From Nitrososphaeraceae archaeon (GTDB lineage: Archaea > Thermoproteota > Nitrososphaeria > Nitrososphaerales > Nitrososphaeraceae): 29,274 nt of DNA. Positions 16,862 through 26,685 of the stretch are shown here, piece after piece. Below the pieces are notes generated by a model. The model was not told the DNA's origin and searched no databases. It was given only the letters and a program-made list of their open reading frames with translations. The DNA lies in the NCBI GenBank assembly GCA_035264705.1, contig DATFPS010000166.1, positions 1-29,274 of the forward strand, in the 5' to 3' direction. Numbering within the stretch: position 1 is the first letter of the stretch; each line of letters opens with the position of its first letter. A program made the position numbers and the translations under genes.

Positions 16862-17281
16862 GTGGTCGAGGACGAAGTTATTTTCTACGGACATCCAAAT
16901 GTCCAATCTCTCCACCCTCGCGCTTTAGAAGTTACAAAGAATACGGAACTCACACTAAGAGGAGACTGTATAATCGGCGTAGGGGCAAATAAAGCTTGTA
17001 AAGATTTAGATCCAGCGTTGCAAAGGCTATTGAAGAATGACAATTCGGTTGTAAGACTTTCAATAATTGCAGGTAATCGATCGTGTAGACTTAATGGATT
17101 CGGAAGCAGTAGACTTCTGCTATTTAACTCTCAAGACATAGTAGTTAGAAAAACCAATTATGCTTGTTCAAGAACATTATGTCTGAATACCGATAAAGCT
17201 TCTTTAGATATACCTAGAGAAATAGTAGGATTGTTACAGAATCCTGAGACAAGGGCTATTTTAAATATAGTTATTGAATAA
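16862..17281 (+). CDS. DUF371 family protein
   Basis: GHPNVQSLH...E-x-TK-x3-LTLRGDCIIGV-x-A-x-KA, DIVVRK, RTL, DKAS-x-DIPRE. Confidence 0.88.
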   Translation: MVEDEVIFYGHPNVQSLHPRALEVTKNTELTLRGDCIIGVGANKACKDLDPALQRLLKNDNSVVRLSIIAGNRSCRLNGFGSSRLLLFNSQDIVVRKTNYACSRTLCLNTDKASLDIPREIVGLLQNPETRAILNIVIE

Positions 17282-17469
17282 TATCATATAGATTATATAT
17301 TAATTATGTCCGCAGTATTAAAAGCAATTCGAATAATCCTTGACGTTTATAGTCTAAATAACCTTAAATGATACTTTACATCTTGACATGTTAGTGTAAG
17401 GTAGAGTGTTTCAGTACATATGCAGTTTTAAAAGCCGTTGCACTTCATGACTATTGTTCTTGCTACATA

Positions 17470-18309
17470 TTACAATTTTTTCCCGCTAATTTTTTCATAA
17501 GCATAAATATATCTTTTGCTTAACTCTATTGCAATTTCTTTTGGGATTAGAGGAGGAGGAGGTTTTTCTCCTTTTTTTGAATATTCAGCTATGGTTTCTT
17601 TGAAACCAATTTTCACAAGCCAATCTCGTAACAATTGCTTATCATAGCTTTCTTGGCTTTTTCCAGGAGTATAATCGCATCTTAGCCAAAGTCGATATTC
17701 GTCAGGCCCAAGAGAATCGCCTAACAAGATTTCCCCAGTTCTTAGATCTCGGCCGAATTCGAATTTAACATCCGCGATAATAAATCCAGTCTTTTCAACA
17801 ATTGAGCTCATTCTTTTATACAACACAAGGGAGGTTTCTTTTACATATTCATAATCTTCTGTTGACAATAGACCAGAAGATACTATCTCTTGTTTTGTTG
17901 TAGGAATGTCATGTTCTTCAGATTTTGTTGTCGGATCAAATATAGGCTCGGGTAATTTTGCAGCCTTTATTGGCACAAAAGAAGTTGAAAGAAGATCGTG
18001 TGCAATCCCATTATGATATCGTTCTTCCAAAGTTCCGTAAAAGTAGCCGCGTACTACACACTCTAAAGGGATCATTTTCATTCTTTTAACCTCCATCTTG
18101 TCACTATTGTGAAGTCCAACCATATGATTTTTTGTAGAGAGAGAGTCGAACCAGAATTTTGCAAATCTACAAAGAACTTCACCTTTTCTCGGGATAGAAT
18201 TAACCATCTTTATATCAAACGCAGATACACGATCAGAAAAATGAAATAAAATATTGCCATTATCCAGTATGTACAAATCTTTTACCTTACCTTTACGAAA
18301 CATCCTCAT
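17470..18309 (-). CDS. purC: SAICAR synthase
   Basis: GKVKDLY, SDRVSAFD, IPLECVVRGY, PTTKSE, AD-x-KFEFG, SYDKQLLRDWL. Confidence 0.96.
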   Translation of the reverse strand: MRMFRKGKVKDLYILDNGNILFHFSDRVSAFDIKMVNSIPRKGEVLCRFAKFWFDSLSTKNHMVGLHNSDKMEVKRMKMIPLECVVRGYFYGTLEERYHNGIAHDLLSTSFVPIKAAKLPEPIFDPTTKSEEHDIPTTKQEIVSSGLLSTEDYEYVKETSLVLYKRMSSIVEKTGFIIADVKFEFGRDLRTGEILLGDSLGPDEYRLWLRCDYTPGKSQESYDKQLLRDWLVKIGFKETIAEYSKKGEKPPPPLIPKEIAIELSKRYIYAYEKISGKKL

Positions 18310-18406
18310 TTAAATTTCCTAATTGGCTGTCAAATAAAATGTCATCGTTGAAATTCTTTTTCTCTATGTAAAGATAATTTCTGACATCCTTCAAATCCTC
18401 AATTTA

Positions 18407-18481
18407 AGGTCATGGTGGGATTCGAACCCACGACCTAAGGTTTACAAAACCTTCGCTCTTACCATGCTGAGCTACATGACC
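18407..18481 (-). tRNA. tRNA-Thr(TGT), intronless, atypical acceptor stem GGTCATG/CATGACC, U73
   Basis: Perfect cloverleaf: GCTC/GAGC D-stem, AAGGT-TTTGTAA-ACCTT anticodon arm, GTGGG-TTCGAAT-CCCAC T-arm. Isotype called from the anticodon only. Confidence 0.92.
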
Positions 18482-18595
18482 ACAAAATTAAGAGAAATCT
18501 TTGTCCAGCGTAATTAATACTTTCGGCATAATCATGATATTAGTCCTCACAGGTCAGTTTAAATGGTTTAAAATGATAATTGAAAAGAGATAAAT

Positions 18596-18883
18596 ATGTT
18601 TGAAGAAGAATTACCCTATTGTAAATTTATTGTTTTAGTTACAATAGAAAATAAAGAATTTGTCAATGATCCAGAGGGTGAAACCATCCATCGTGACCTT
18701 ATAGTAAAAGGAGGATATACAAATGTTGAGTCAGTAAGGTCTGCTAAGACACTGAAAATGATAGTAACTGCTAAATCTCAAAAATCAGCAGAAAAAATCG
18801 TTAGCAATCTTTGTCGAGAGTTACGTATCTTTAACCCTGTCATAAGTAAATGCACAGTTAAAGCAATTGGTCAAGTTAAATAA
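18596..18883 (+). CDS. purS: Phosphoribosylformylglycinamidine synthase subunit PurS
   Basis: K-x2-VNDPEG-x-TI, VR-x2-K, LC-x2-L-x-I-x-NPVI. Confidence 0.93.
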   Translation: MFEEELPYCKFIVLVTIENKEFVNDPEGETIHRDLIVKGGYTNVESVRSAKTLKMIVTAKSQKSAEKIVSNLCRELRIFNPVISKCTVKAIGQVK

Positions 18884-18913
18884 TCTATTACTGATTTCAT
18901 CTATTGGCAGCTG

Positions 18914-18951
18914 TATCCTTTTAAGGATAGTAATCTCAAAATTTTTTTGAG
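18914..18951. terminator. Two tandem hairpins between the convergent purS and CBS genes
   Basis: TATCCTT-TT-AAGGATA (18914-18929) and CTCAAAA-TTT-TTTTGAG (18935-18951). Confidence 0.35.
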
Positions 18952-19074
18952 GAGATGCTAATGTAATTCATTATTAAGAAATCTATTGATATAAAGGTAT
19001 TTCCACTAAAGCCCGGTATTAATATCCAAATATTAAGCCCACGTCTAATAAAATTTGAAACCATAATGACATCC

Positions 19075-19494
19075 TCAAGAATCACTATTCCCCGAAAGGA
19101 CTCCCTCAATCAGCAGTGTTGTGCGCAAATGTTTAGCTAAATCTGTAACTGTAATAATTCCTACCACTTTACCATTTTCCATGATTGGCAATCTACGTAT
19201 CTTATGATTTACCATTCTCTGCACTGCGACTTCGATCGGAGTCTCTGGATCGGCAAAAGTTCGAATCTTTGACATTATTTCGTTGACCTTTACATGCGAT
19301 ACCTGTAATTCTTTAATACAAATTTTCTTAACAAAGTCACGTTCAGTTATAATACCTACTGGATTTTGATTGTTTAGGACAATCAATGAGCTAATGCCTT
19401 TTTCAGCCATAAGTTTGGCTGCTTCCAATGCTGTTCCGTTTGCATCAATGGTAACTACGCATTTTGTCATTATATCTCGAACAATCCTGGGCAT
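19075..19494 (-). CDS. Stand-alone CBS-pair (Bateman domain) protein
   Basis: VRDIMT, KGISSLIV, PVGIITERDF, V-x-EIMS, IRRLPI, VGIITVTD. Start probably ATG 19494 rather than 19518. Confidence 0.9.
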   Translation of the reverse strand: MPRIVRDIMTKCVVTIDANGTALEAAKLMAEKGISSLIVLNNQNPVGIITERDFVKKICIKELQVSHVKVNEIMSKIRTFADPETPIEVAVQRMVNHKIRRLPIMENGKVVGIITVTDLAKHLRTTLLIEGVLSGNSDS

Positions 19495-19679
19495 CAATAG
19501 TATTTTCTGTATTGACAATAAAAACTTTGAACTTGTTTTCTTAAATTCAATCCATCAAGTCATGCTAATCACAATTTCATATGAATTTCTAAATATAAGG
19601 TCATAGTAATAATAAAATCAAGAAGCAGACTTCTTTTTACGAAGACTTAATACAAGCAAAGTCAACTCTTTATACAAAA

Positions 19680-20396
19680 ATGTCAAAGATTGGAATCGTG
19701 GTTTTCCCTGGAAGCAATTGCGATCGTGACGTCGATCATGCATTTCAAAATTTCTTTGGAATTCAGACAGATAAGCTTTGGCATACAAAAGACGACATCT
19801 CAAATTATGATGCTATTATCATTCCTGGCGGTTTTGCTTATGGTGACAGGTTACGCGCGGGTGTCATCGCCGCTCGAAGTCCGATAATGTATGCGGTAAA
19901 AAGACTTGCTAAAGATGGCGCCCCAATCCTCGGTATCTGCAATGGCTTTCAAATACTCGTTGAATCAGGCATGCTGCCGGGAGCTTTAACATCTAACAAC
20001 ACCCTCCAATTTGTCTGCCGCTGGACAACAGTTAAAATAATAAATAATAAAACACCATTTACTAACAAATTCAAAATAAATAAAGAAATTATAATTCCTA
20101 TTGCTCACGGCGAAGGGAGGTATATCGCAGATGACAAAGAATTAAGGTATTTAAAAAAGAAAAATAAAATCGTTTTAAAATATACCAAGGACGATCCAAA
20201 CGGATCTACTGATTTAATTGCTGGAATTTGCAATAGTGATGGTAATGTAATGGGAATGATGCCGCACCCTGAAAGAGCGATCGAAAGTGTTCTTGTACCT
20301 GATAGGATTTCTAACCAAGCGGTTATGATATTTGCGTCATTATTATCTTATCTAAATATTGAACACCATTATATGCAGACAATAGGCTTAGGCTAA
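19680..20396 (+). CDS. purQ: FGAM synthase glutaminase subunit PurQ
   Basis: FPGSNCDRD, PGGFAYGD-x-LRAG, GICNGFQIL, IAHGEGRY, GMMPHPER. Confidence 0.97.
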   Translation: MSKIGIVVFPGSNCDRDVDHAFQNFFGIQTDKLWHTKDDISNYDAIIIPGGFAYGDRLRAGVIAARSPIMYAVKRLAKDGAPILGICNGFQILVESGMLPGALTSNNTLQFVCRWTTVKIINNKTPFTNKFKINKEIIIPIAHGEGRYIADDKELRYLKKKNKIVLKYTKDDPNGSTDLIAGICNSDGNVMGMMPHPERAIESVLVPDRISNQAVMIFASLLSYLNIEHHYMQTIGLG

Positions 20397-22628
20397 TTGG
20401 GAAAAAAAATGAATATCATTAGTAAGGAAGAATTAGATTATCTAAGAAATAAATTAAACCGAAATCCAAATGATATTGAATTAGATATTCTAGGAGCGGA
20501 ATGGTCTGAGCATTGTTCCTATAAATCTTCAAAAAAGTACTTAAGGTTGCTTCCAACAAAGGGAAGAAGAGTTATAGTAGGCCCAGGTTACGATGCTGGA
20601 ATACTCGATATTGGAGATGGTTTAGTTCTTACGGTTCATATAGAAAGCCATAATCATCCATCTGCAGTTGAACCTTATGGAGGAGCTGCAACGGGTGTAG
20701 GAGGAGTACTGCGTGATATTATGTCTATGGGTACACGCCCAATAGCTGTTTTGGATGCACTAAGATTTTCTCCAATTACAAGTAAAAAAAATTCTGCCAA
20801 GTCTAAATGGCTGTTTAGAAATGTAGTTCGTGGTATTGCTGATTATGGTAATTGTATTGGTGTTCCAACCGTAGGAGGTGAGGTAGAATTTGATTCCTCT
20901 TTCGAAGACTATTGCCTTGTAGATGTAGCGTCAATCGGAATTGGAAAAAAAGATAGAATTATTACTAATAGCGCAAAAATCAACGATTTTATAATTCTTG
21001 CAGGAGGATCCACTGGTAGAGATGGTATCCATGGCGCTTCCTTTGCTTCTAAAACCTTAGAGGAGGAAAATAGATCTGCAATACAAATACCGGATCCATT
21101 CTTAGAAAAATTACTCCTAGAAGCCACGATTGAGGCGGCAGAACAAGGTTGTATAAAGGCTCTAAAAGATCTAGGCGGGGGAGGTCTTGCATGTTGTCTA
21201 TCAGAAGAATCGTACAATCTGAAAAGAGGATTTGATGTGGAATTAGGTGCGGTTCATACCAAACACAAAAACATGATACCAACGGAATTGATGATATCAG
21301 AGTCTCAGGAAAGGATGATGTATATCACTGATGAGCAAAATATTGATACACTAAAAGCAATACTTGACAAATATGAAATTAAATACGCTATAATAGGCAG
21401 AGTCAGGAGGCATCAGGATCTTGTTATAAGATATAACGGTAAATTGGTGGCTCGTATGCCCTCAAAGCTCATAGCAAATGCACCACTTGTCCTCAGAAAG
21501 TCAAAATTACCATCATATATAAAAGAATTGCGCAAGAACCCTGCAAGATCAAATATTCCTAATGATCTGAATAAGGTACTTCTTTCGATGTTGTCAAATC
21601 CTACGATAGCTGAAAAATCCTGGATTTACAGACAATTTGATCATGAAGTTGGAGTACGGACTGTAATAAAACCAGGATCAGGCGATGCAAGTGTTTTGAA
21701 AATAACCCATGATAAATTTATCTCTATTAAGCTTGATGGTAACTCCAAACACTGTTTTTTGGATCCTTATCAAGGAACTCTGGGATGTTTGTCTGAAGCG
21801 AGAAGAAATGTAATCTCTTCTGGCGCTGAGCCCATAGGCGTAATTGATCACTTGCAATTTGGAAGCCCGGAAGATCCGCAGATTTTTTGGACTTTTATCC
21901 AAGCAATAAATGCAATATCTAATTTTTGTAGATACATGAAGATACCAGTAATAGGTGGAAAGGTAAGTCTATACAACGAAACTACCAAAGGGGCGATTAA
22001 ACCATCCCCCGTCATTGGTATGATTGGACTGATCGAGAAAATATCATGGATTATGCAGTGTAGTCTAAAGCAAGAAAATTCTATTTTCATAATTGGTTCT
22101 ACATTAGATGAAATGGGTGCATCTGAATACTATGAATACTATCATAATATAATTGGCGGAAATGTTCCTAAGTTAGACGTTCGTAGAGATAAACTTAATG
22201 GCCAAGCTGTGTTTCATCTTATTAGAAACCAATTAATTAATTGCGTTCACGATTGCTCTAAAGGAGGATTAGCAATAGCGTTATCTGAAATGGCAATACA
22301 AGGCCAAGCAGGAATTATTATAGATCTAGATTCTATACCAAACACGTGTTCAAGAATAGACAGCCTATTATTTTCAGAATCACACTCTCGCTACGTTATA
22401 GGTTCAGGTGAACCGGCTGAAGTTGAAAAATATCTTGCTAACATCAAAGGAATTGTTTTTGCTCGAATTGGATATGTGACGGCTGATGATAGCTTTGTTA
22501 TGACAAGAAAAGATAAAGAGATTATAAACTTATCTATAAAAAAATTGACTGAAAGTTATGGCGAATTAGGACGAATAATGAACAATACAGAAAACTTTAG
22601 ACGCAACTTCAAGGATAAAAAGAAATAG
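20397..22628 (+). CDS. purL: FGAM synthase subunit PurL
   Basis: WSEHCSYKSS, ESHNHPSAVEPYGGAATGVGG, GRDGIHGASFAS, DLGGGG, SESQERM, QFDHEVG, HDCSKGG, FSES. Confidence 0.98.
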   Translation: MGKKMNIISKEELDYLRNKLNRNPNDIELDILGAEWSEHCSYKSSKKYLRLLPTKGRRVIVGPGYDAGILDIGDGLVLTVHIESHNHPSAVEPYGGAATGVGGVLRDIMSMGTRPIAVLDALRFSPITSKKNSAKSKWLFRNVVRGIADYGNCIGVPTVGGEVEFDSSFEDYCLVDVASIGIGKKDRIITNSAKINDFIILAGGSTGRDGIHGASFASKTLEEENRSAIQIPDPFLEKLLLEATIEAAEQGCIKALKDLGGGGLACCLSEESYNLKRGFDVELGAVHTKHKNMIPTELMISESQERMMYITDEQNIDTLKAILDKYEIKYAIIGRVRRHQDLVIRYNGKLVARMPSKLIANAPLVLRKSKLPSYIKELRKNPARSNIPNDLNKVLLSMLSNPTIAEKSWIYRQFDHEVGVRTVIKPGSGDASVLKITHDKFISIKLDGNSKHCFLDPYQGTLGCLSEARRNVISSGAEPIGVIDHLQFGSPEDPQIFWTFIQAINAISNFCRYMKIPVIGGKVSLYNETTKGAIKPSPVIGMIGLIEKISWIMQCSLKQENSIFIIGSTLDEMGASEYYEYYHNIIGGNVPKLDVRRDKLNGQAVFHLIRNQLINCVHDCSKGGLAIALSEMAIQGQAGIIIDLDSIPNTCSRIDSLLFSESHSRYVIGSGEPAEVEKYLANIKGIVFARIGYVTADDSFVMTRKDKEIINLSIKKLTESYGELGRIMNNTENFRRNFKDKKK

Positions 22629-22804
22629 ACTGAATGAGAGATGGTCATCTAACCAATCGATAATTGATAAAAATGTTTTTTAGTGATTTCATACAATTCA
22701 CTGTCGCTCTTGGACTATAATAAGCATATAAATTATGATTCATGTTCATTCTATTTAAACAGAAATTCTCTTTTAAAGAATACAGATGAGAGGTATTAAC
22801 TAGA

Positions 22805-24244
22805 TTGGTCCATGAAAACTGTGGGGTAGTTGGCGTATTTTCATTGAATGGTGATAACGTTATACCATTTGTAATTGATTCACTCCGTGCTCTTCAACAT
22901 AGAGGTCAGGAAGCATGGGGGCTGGCGGTACCAGGCAAGTCCCCTTTTAAGCGGCTTGGCCTTGTTTCGGCAGCAGCTCCAGAATTTCCTACTGTTGTTA
23001 GAAAATATAATTCATCGGCTGCAATTGGACATGTTAGGTATTCAACCTTCGGTAAAAGTACATTGGAAAATGCGCAACCACTAAAGATTAAGGATCTGTG
23101 TATAGCACATAATGGTACGATTGCAAATGTACAGGAATTATCAGGAATGGTCGGCGGATGCAGTTTTACACCACAAACTATGAGCGATACCCTTGTTGTA
23201 GCAAAGCGACTTGTAATGCATTTAGCAGATACTCATGATATGACAGAGGCAGTAAATATACTGAAAGGTGAAATGCTAGGCTCTTTCTGCTTTACTTTTT
23301 TAACTGATAATGGTTCAGTTTATGCAGCGCGTGATACAAAAGGATTCAGGCCTCTAGTTCTAGGTATTCACAGAGAAAGCAACACATACATAATTGCGTC
23401 AGAATCATGTGCTTTATCAGCCATAGGAGCCTATTTACTCCGTGACGTAGAACCAGGAGAGCTGATAAAAATGAATAGGGATGGACTACAGAGTCATCAG
23501 TTTTCTATAGACAAGCCACATGCTCACTGTGCATTTGAGTACACTTACTTTGCACACCCAAGCAGTGTTATGGAAGGAGTTAATGTCTATGCGGCCAGAA
23601 AGAGGATAGGACACTTTCTAGCAGAAAAATTTCCGATAATTGATGCAGAAGTAGTTATTCCCGTACCTGATTCCGCACGGCCAGCAGCTCTAGGATATGC
23701 TCAGCAATTAGGTGTACCTTTTGAGGAAGGTTTACTAAAAGACATTTATAAAAAAAAGGGATTAATGAGAAGTTTCATAGAACCATATCAGGAAGACAGA
23801 ATAGAAATCAATAAGGGTATAATACCTATCCGTGATGTAATTGAAGGAAAAAATGTGGTTATTGTTGATGATAGCATAGTCAGGGGAACGAGCTCTGCTT
23901 CTATTATCAAGACCTTACGTTCTGCTAGGGCGAAGAAAATAAATATGTTAGTCACTTATCCTCCCATACGCTATCCATGTTATGCAGGCATTGACTTTCC
24001 TTCGCAAAAAGAGCTTTTAGCTTACCAACAGTCAAACGGTGATATTTCCAAGACCGATTTAGAAGCTAAAGTAGCTAGAGTTATTGGTGCTGATTTTGTA
24101 GCCTATAATAACACTTCTAACTTGGCAGATGCAATTGGACTACCTAAGGAAGAGCTCTGTTTTACGTGTACAACTGGTGATTACTCCTCTCTCGGGTTAA
24201 AACCAATTTTCAAGACGAGAGAAGAAATGAAGGGTAAAGAATAA
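22805..24244 (+). CDS. purF: Amidophosphoribosyltransferase (Fe-S type)
   Basis: ENCGVVG N-terminal nucleophile, LQHRGQE, GHVRYST, CAFEY-x-YFA-x-P, VPDS, VDDSIVRG, PC-x2-GID, CFTC. Confidence 0.97.
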   Translation: MVHENCGVVGVFSLNGDNVIPFVIDSLRALQHRGQEAWGLAVPGKSPFKRLGLVSAAAPEFPTVVRKYNSSAAIGHVRYSTFGKSTLENAQPLKIKDLCIAHNGTIANVQELSGMVGGCSFTPQTMSDTLVVAKRLVMHLADTHDMTEAVNILKGEMLGSFCFTFLTDNGSVYAARDTKGFRPLVLGIHRESNTYIIASESCALSAIGAYLLRDVEPGELIKMNRDGLQSHQFSIDKPHAHCAFEYTYFAHPSSVMEGVNVYAARKRIGHFLAEKFPIIDAEVVIPVPDSARPAALGYAQQLGVPFEEGLLKDIYKKKGLMRSFIEPYQEDRIEINKGIIPIRDVIEGKNVVIVDDSIVRGTSSASIIKTLRSARAKKINMLVTYPPIRYPCYAGIDFPSQKELLAYQQSNGDISKTDLEAKVARVIGADFVAYNNTSNLADAIGLPKEELCFTCTTGDYSSLGLKPIFKTREEMKGKE

Positions 24245-24427
24245 CGATTATACTGCGAAACACAAATACAAAAACTAGCTGATATTCTTCCTATCTCTTT
24301 GCAATAATAGGAGGTGAACAATGATGCTCACAATATTTTACTAGTCGTTAACGTAACATACTTCTCTTCATAGATACAGTATTATGGAAAGGTTAAGTTA
24401 ATAATATTGATTTATGAATTTTTCTGT

Positions 24428-24799
24428 ATGCGCTTAACAATAATAATGGTGGCTGCAGTCATTGCCTTAGCTGCGACAATCATGACTATTTTGATTATTT
24501 CTATAATGCCTACTAAAGATTATTCTATTGACGTAGATGCAATGAAAGATGAGCAATCGCTGTTTGTGAATGCAAGAATTGTTCTAACTAATACAGGAAG
24601 GCAGCCATTGACCGATGTTGTGGTGCATTATGGTAATCGAAATGAGGTCATCAAAATGATAAATCCTGGAGAGAAAATATATCTCTCTCCGCCTGAAGGC
24701 AGCCGCTTAGATGTCGTTGAGGTTACTGCTAATGAAGGTATCAACATGACCAAAGAATATAGAAAGCCGATTAAACTTCCTGGAATGATCGGCTCGTGA
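24428..24799 (+). CDS. Hypothetical membrane-anchored protein (N-terminal TM helix plus Ig-like soluble domain)
   Basis: Hydrophobic N-terminus, then ARIVLTNTGRQPLTDVVV...INPGEK, an NTG-containing beta-sandwich pattern. Start ATG 24428 preferred over 24407. Confidence 0.72.
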   Translation: MRLTIIMVAAVIALAATIMTILIISIMPTKDYSIDVDAMKDEQSLFVNARIVLTNTGRQPLTDVVVHYGNRNEVIKMINPGEKIYLSPPEGSRLDVVEVTANEGINMTKEYRKPIKLPGMIGS

Positions 24800-24828
24800 T
24801 ATCTCATATCTGGGTTTATGATCCATTA

Positions 24829-25368
24829 TTACTTTTTTGTGTCATCTCGTAATCTTTCTTCTAGATATTTCTCGTATCCGATCCGTTCAAGCCTCTCTGC
24901 CTTACGAATTACCTCGTATTTTAATTCTCTTTTATACTTTTCAACCTTCTCTGCTAATTTGGCAAACTTTAGGCCCAATATTTGGCTGGCAAGTATTCCT
25001 GCATTCTTAGCTCCATTGATAGCAACTGTAGCAACGGGGACACCTGCTGGCATCTGTACTATTGACATCAAAGAGTCTATGCCCTGCAAAGTGGCCGTTT
25101 TAATAGGAACTCCGATCACAGGTATCGATGTTAATGCAGCCACCATTCCAGGAAGATGCGCCGCACCTCCTGCACCTGCAATAATCACCATAATTCCTCG
25201 TCTTTTGGCTTCATTGGCATAGTTTACCATTCTTTCGGTAGTTCTATGTGCCGATATAACTTTAATTTCATTTGAAACTCTAAACATGTCTAATATTTTA
25301 GCTGCTTCTTTCATAACATAAAGATCTGAGTCGCTTCCCATTATTATGCCAACATGACATCTATCCAT
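24829..25368 (-). CDS. purE: N5-CAIR mutase
   Basis: [52 protein letters not shown]. Confidence 0.97.
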   Translation of the reverse strand: MDRCHVGIIMGSDSDLYVMKEAAKILDMFRVSNEIKVISAHRTTERMVNYANEAKRRGIMVIIAGAGGAAHLPGMVAALTSIPVIGVPIKTATLQGIDSLMSIVQMPAGVPVATVAINGAKNAGILASQILGLKFAKLAEKVEKYKRELKYEVIRKAERLERIGYEKYLEERLRDDTKK

Positions 25369-26557
25369 TTTGATTCACCTTTTTTACATCTTCTATTTTT
25401 AAGGCATTTTTTATCTTCTCTGCTCTTGCCATTGCTTTCTCTACCGAGTTGGCTGTTATGGTGATGTGGCCAAGCTTTCTTCTAGGTCTAGATATCTTTT
25501 TACCATAAATATGAAGTTTTACTCCTGCTATTGACAGAATGTCTTTTAATCCTTTAATGGTATATGGCCCATCGCAATCATCAGGACCTAATATATTTAT
25601 CATTACAGCAGGTGATAACAGTTCTGGTTTTGGTAACGGTAAATCAAGAATAGCTCGAAGGTGTTGTTCAAATTGCGAGATTGAACATGCTTCTATAGAG
25701 TAATGACCTGAATTATGAGGCCTAGGAGCTATTTCATTTAATAGCACATTTTCATCCCTAGTAAGAAACATCTCTATCCCAAAAATTCCAGATCCCTTCA
25801 ATGCCTGCATCGTTTTCTCGGCTAATTCTTCAGCTTTTGCAATTGCATTATGTGAAATTCTCGCTGGAACAATGGTAGTGTCTAAAATACTATTACGATG
25901 AATATTTTCTGCTATTGGAAAAGACGATATTTGACCGCTACTATTTCTAGCTATCATCACAGAGATCTCTTTCTCATAAGGAATGAATTTTTCCACCATA
26001 CACTGTCTCTCAGAGAGATATTCATAGTATTCGTGAATATTATTGGCAGATCTAATTATATAATTTCCTCGCCCATCATATGAATTTTCACATACTTTTA
26101 ATACGCTAGGATAACCCAATCTATTACATAAATTTATCAATTGTGATTCTGATTTTATGATGTCAAAGTCTGCAACGGGTATACCATGGTCTTTTAAAAA
26201 CGATTTTTGCCTAAATTTGTTTTGTATTATACTGAGTGTCTGTGGTGAAGGATGAACAATAAAATTCTTAGATTCTAATTCCTTAAGTATCTCAGAATTG
26301 GCAAGCTCTATTTCATAAGTTATTACATCAGATTTATCGGCGAGTGTCCTAATAGCATTTTCGTCTTTAAAATCGCCAACAATGTATTCATCTGAGACCG
26401 AAGATGCTGGTGAGTCATAGCAAGGATCTAATACAATTATCCTAAAAGACATTCGTTTTGCATCCTGGGCAATCATTTTTCCAAGCTGACCTCCTCCAAT
26501 TATACCTATAGAGATGGGATTTTGTATCTCCATACTGTCTCGGCTATTGTCAATCAT
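25361..26557 (-). CDS. purK: N5-CAIR synthetase (ATP-grasp)
   Basis: [23 protein letters not shown]-x-[40 protein letters not shown]. Confidence 0.96.
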   Translation of the reverse strand: MIDNSRDSMEIQNPISIGIIGGGQLGKMIAQDAKRMSFRIIVLDPCYDSPASSVSDEYIVGDFKDENAIRTLADKSDVITYEIELANSEILKELESKNFIVHPSPQTLSIIQNKFRQKSFLKDHGIPVADFDIIKSESQLINLCNRLGYPSVLKVCENSYDGRGNYIIRSANNIHEYYEYLSERQCMVEKFIPYEKEISVMIARNSSGQISSFPIAENIHRNSILDTTIVPARISHNAIAKAEELAEKTMQALKGSGIFGIEMFLTRDENVLLNEIAPRPHNSGHYSIEACSISQFEQHLRAILDLPLPKPELLSPAVMINILGPDDCDGPYTIKGLKDILSIAGVKLHIYGKKISRPRRKLGHITITANSVEKAMARAEKIKNALKIEDVKKVNQNG

Positions 26558-26645
26558 AATGCGTTTGATCCTTTTTAAAGAGTGAAATTAAAAGCATTCT
26601 TTTTGAATAGCGAAAATTTTCATATGCGTATTCTTTATTGTTTCC

Positions 26646-26662
26646 GAAAAGTACTTTAAAAA
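26646..26662 (+). promoter_or_regulatory. BRE/TATA of the SDR gene
   Basis: GAAAAG followed by TTTAAAAA, ending 24 nt before ATG 26686 (leaderless spacing). Confidence 0.5.
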
Positions 26663-26685
26663 GAATGTCTGACGTTCTTCAATTA

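Noticed and set aside
16786-16992. 68-aa ORF overlapping DUF371
   Set aside because: Alternative frame overlapping a recognisable gene.
18407-18481. tRNA-Thr as the integration site of a provirus or island
   Set aside because: Flanked directly by purC and purS, with no att duplication or integrase.
19618-23084. Short overlapping or antisense ORFs within purQ, purL and purF
   Set aside because: Shadow frames of conserved enzymes.
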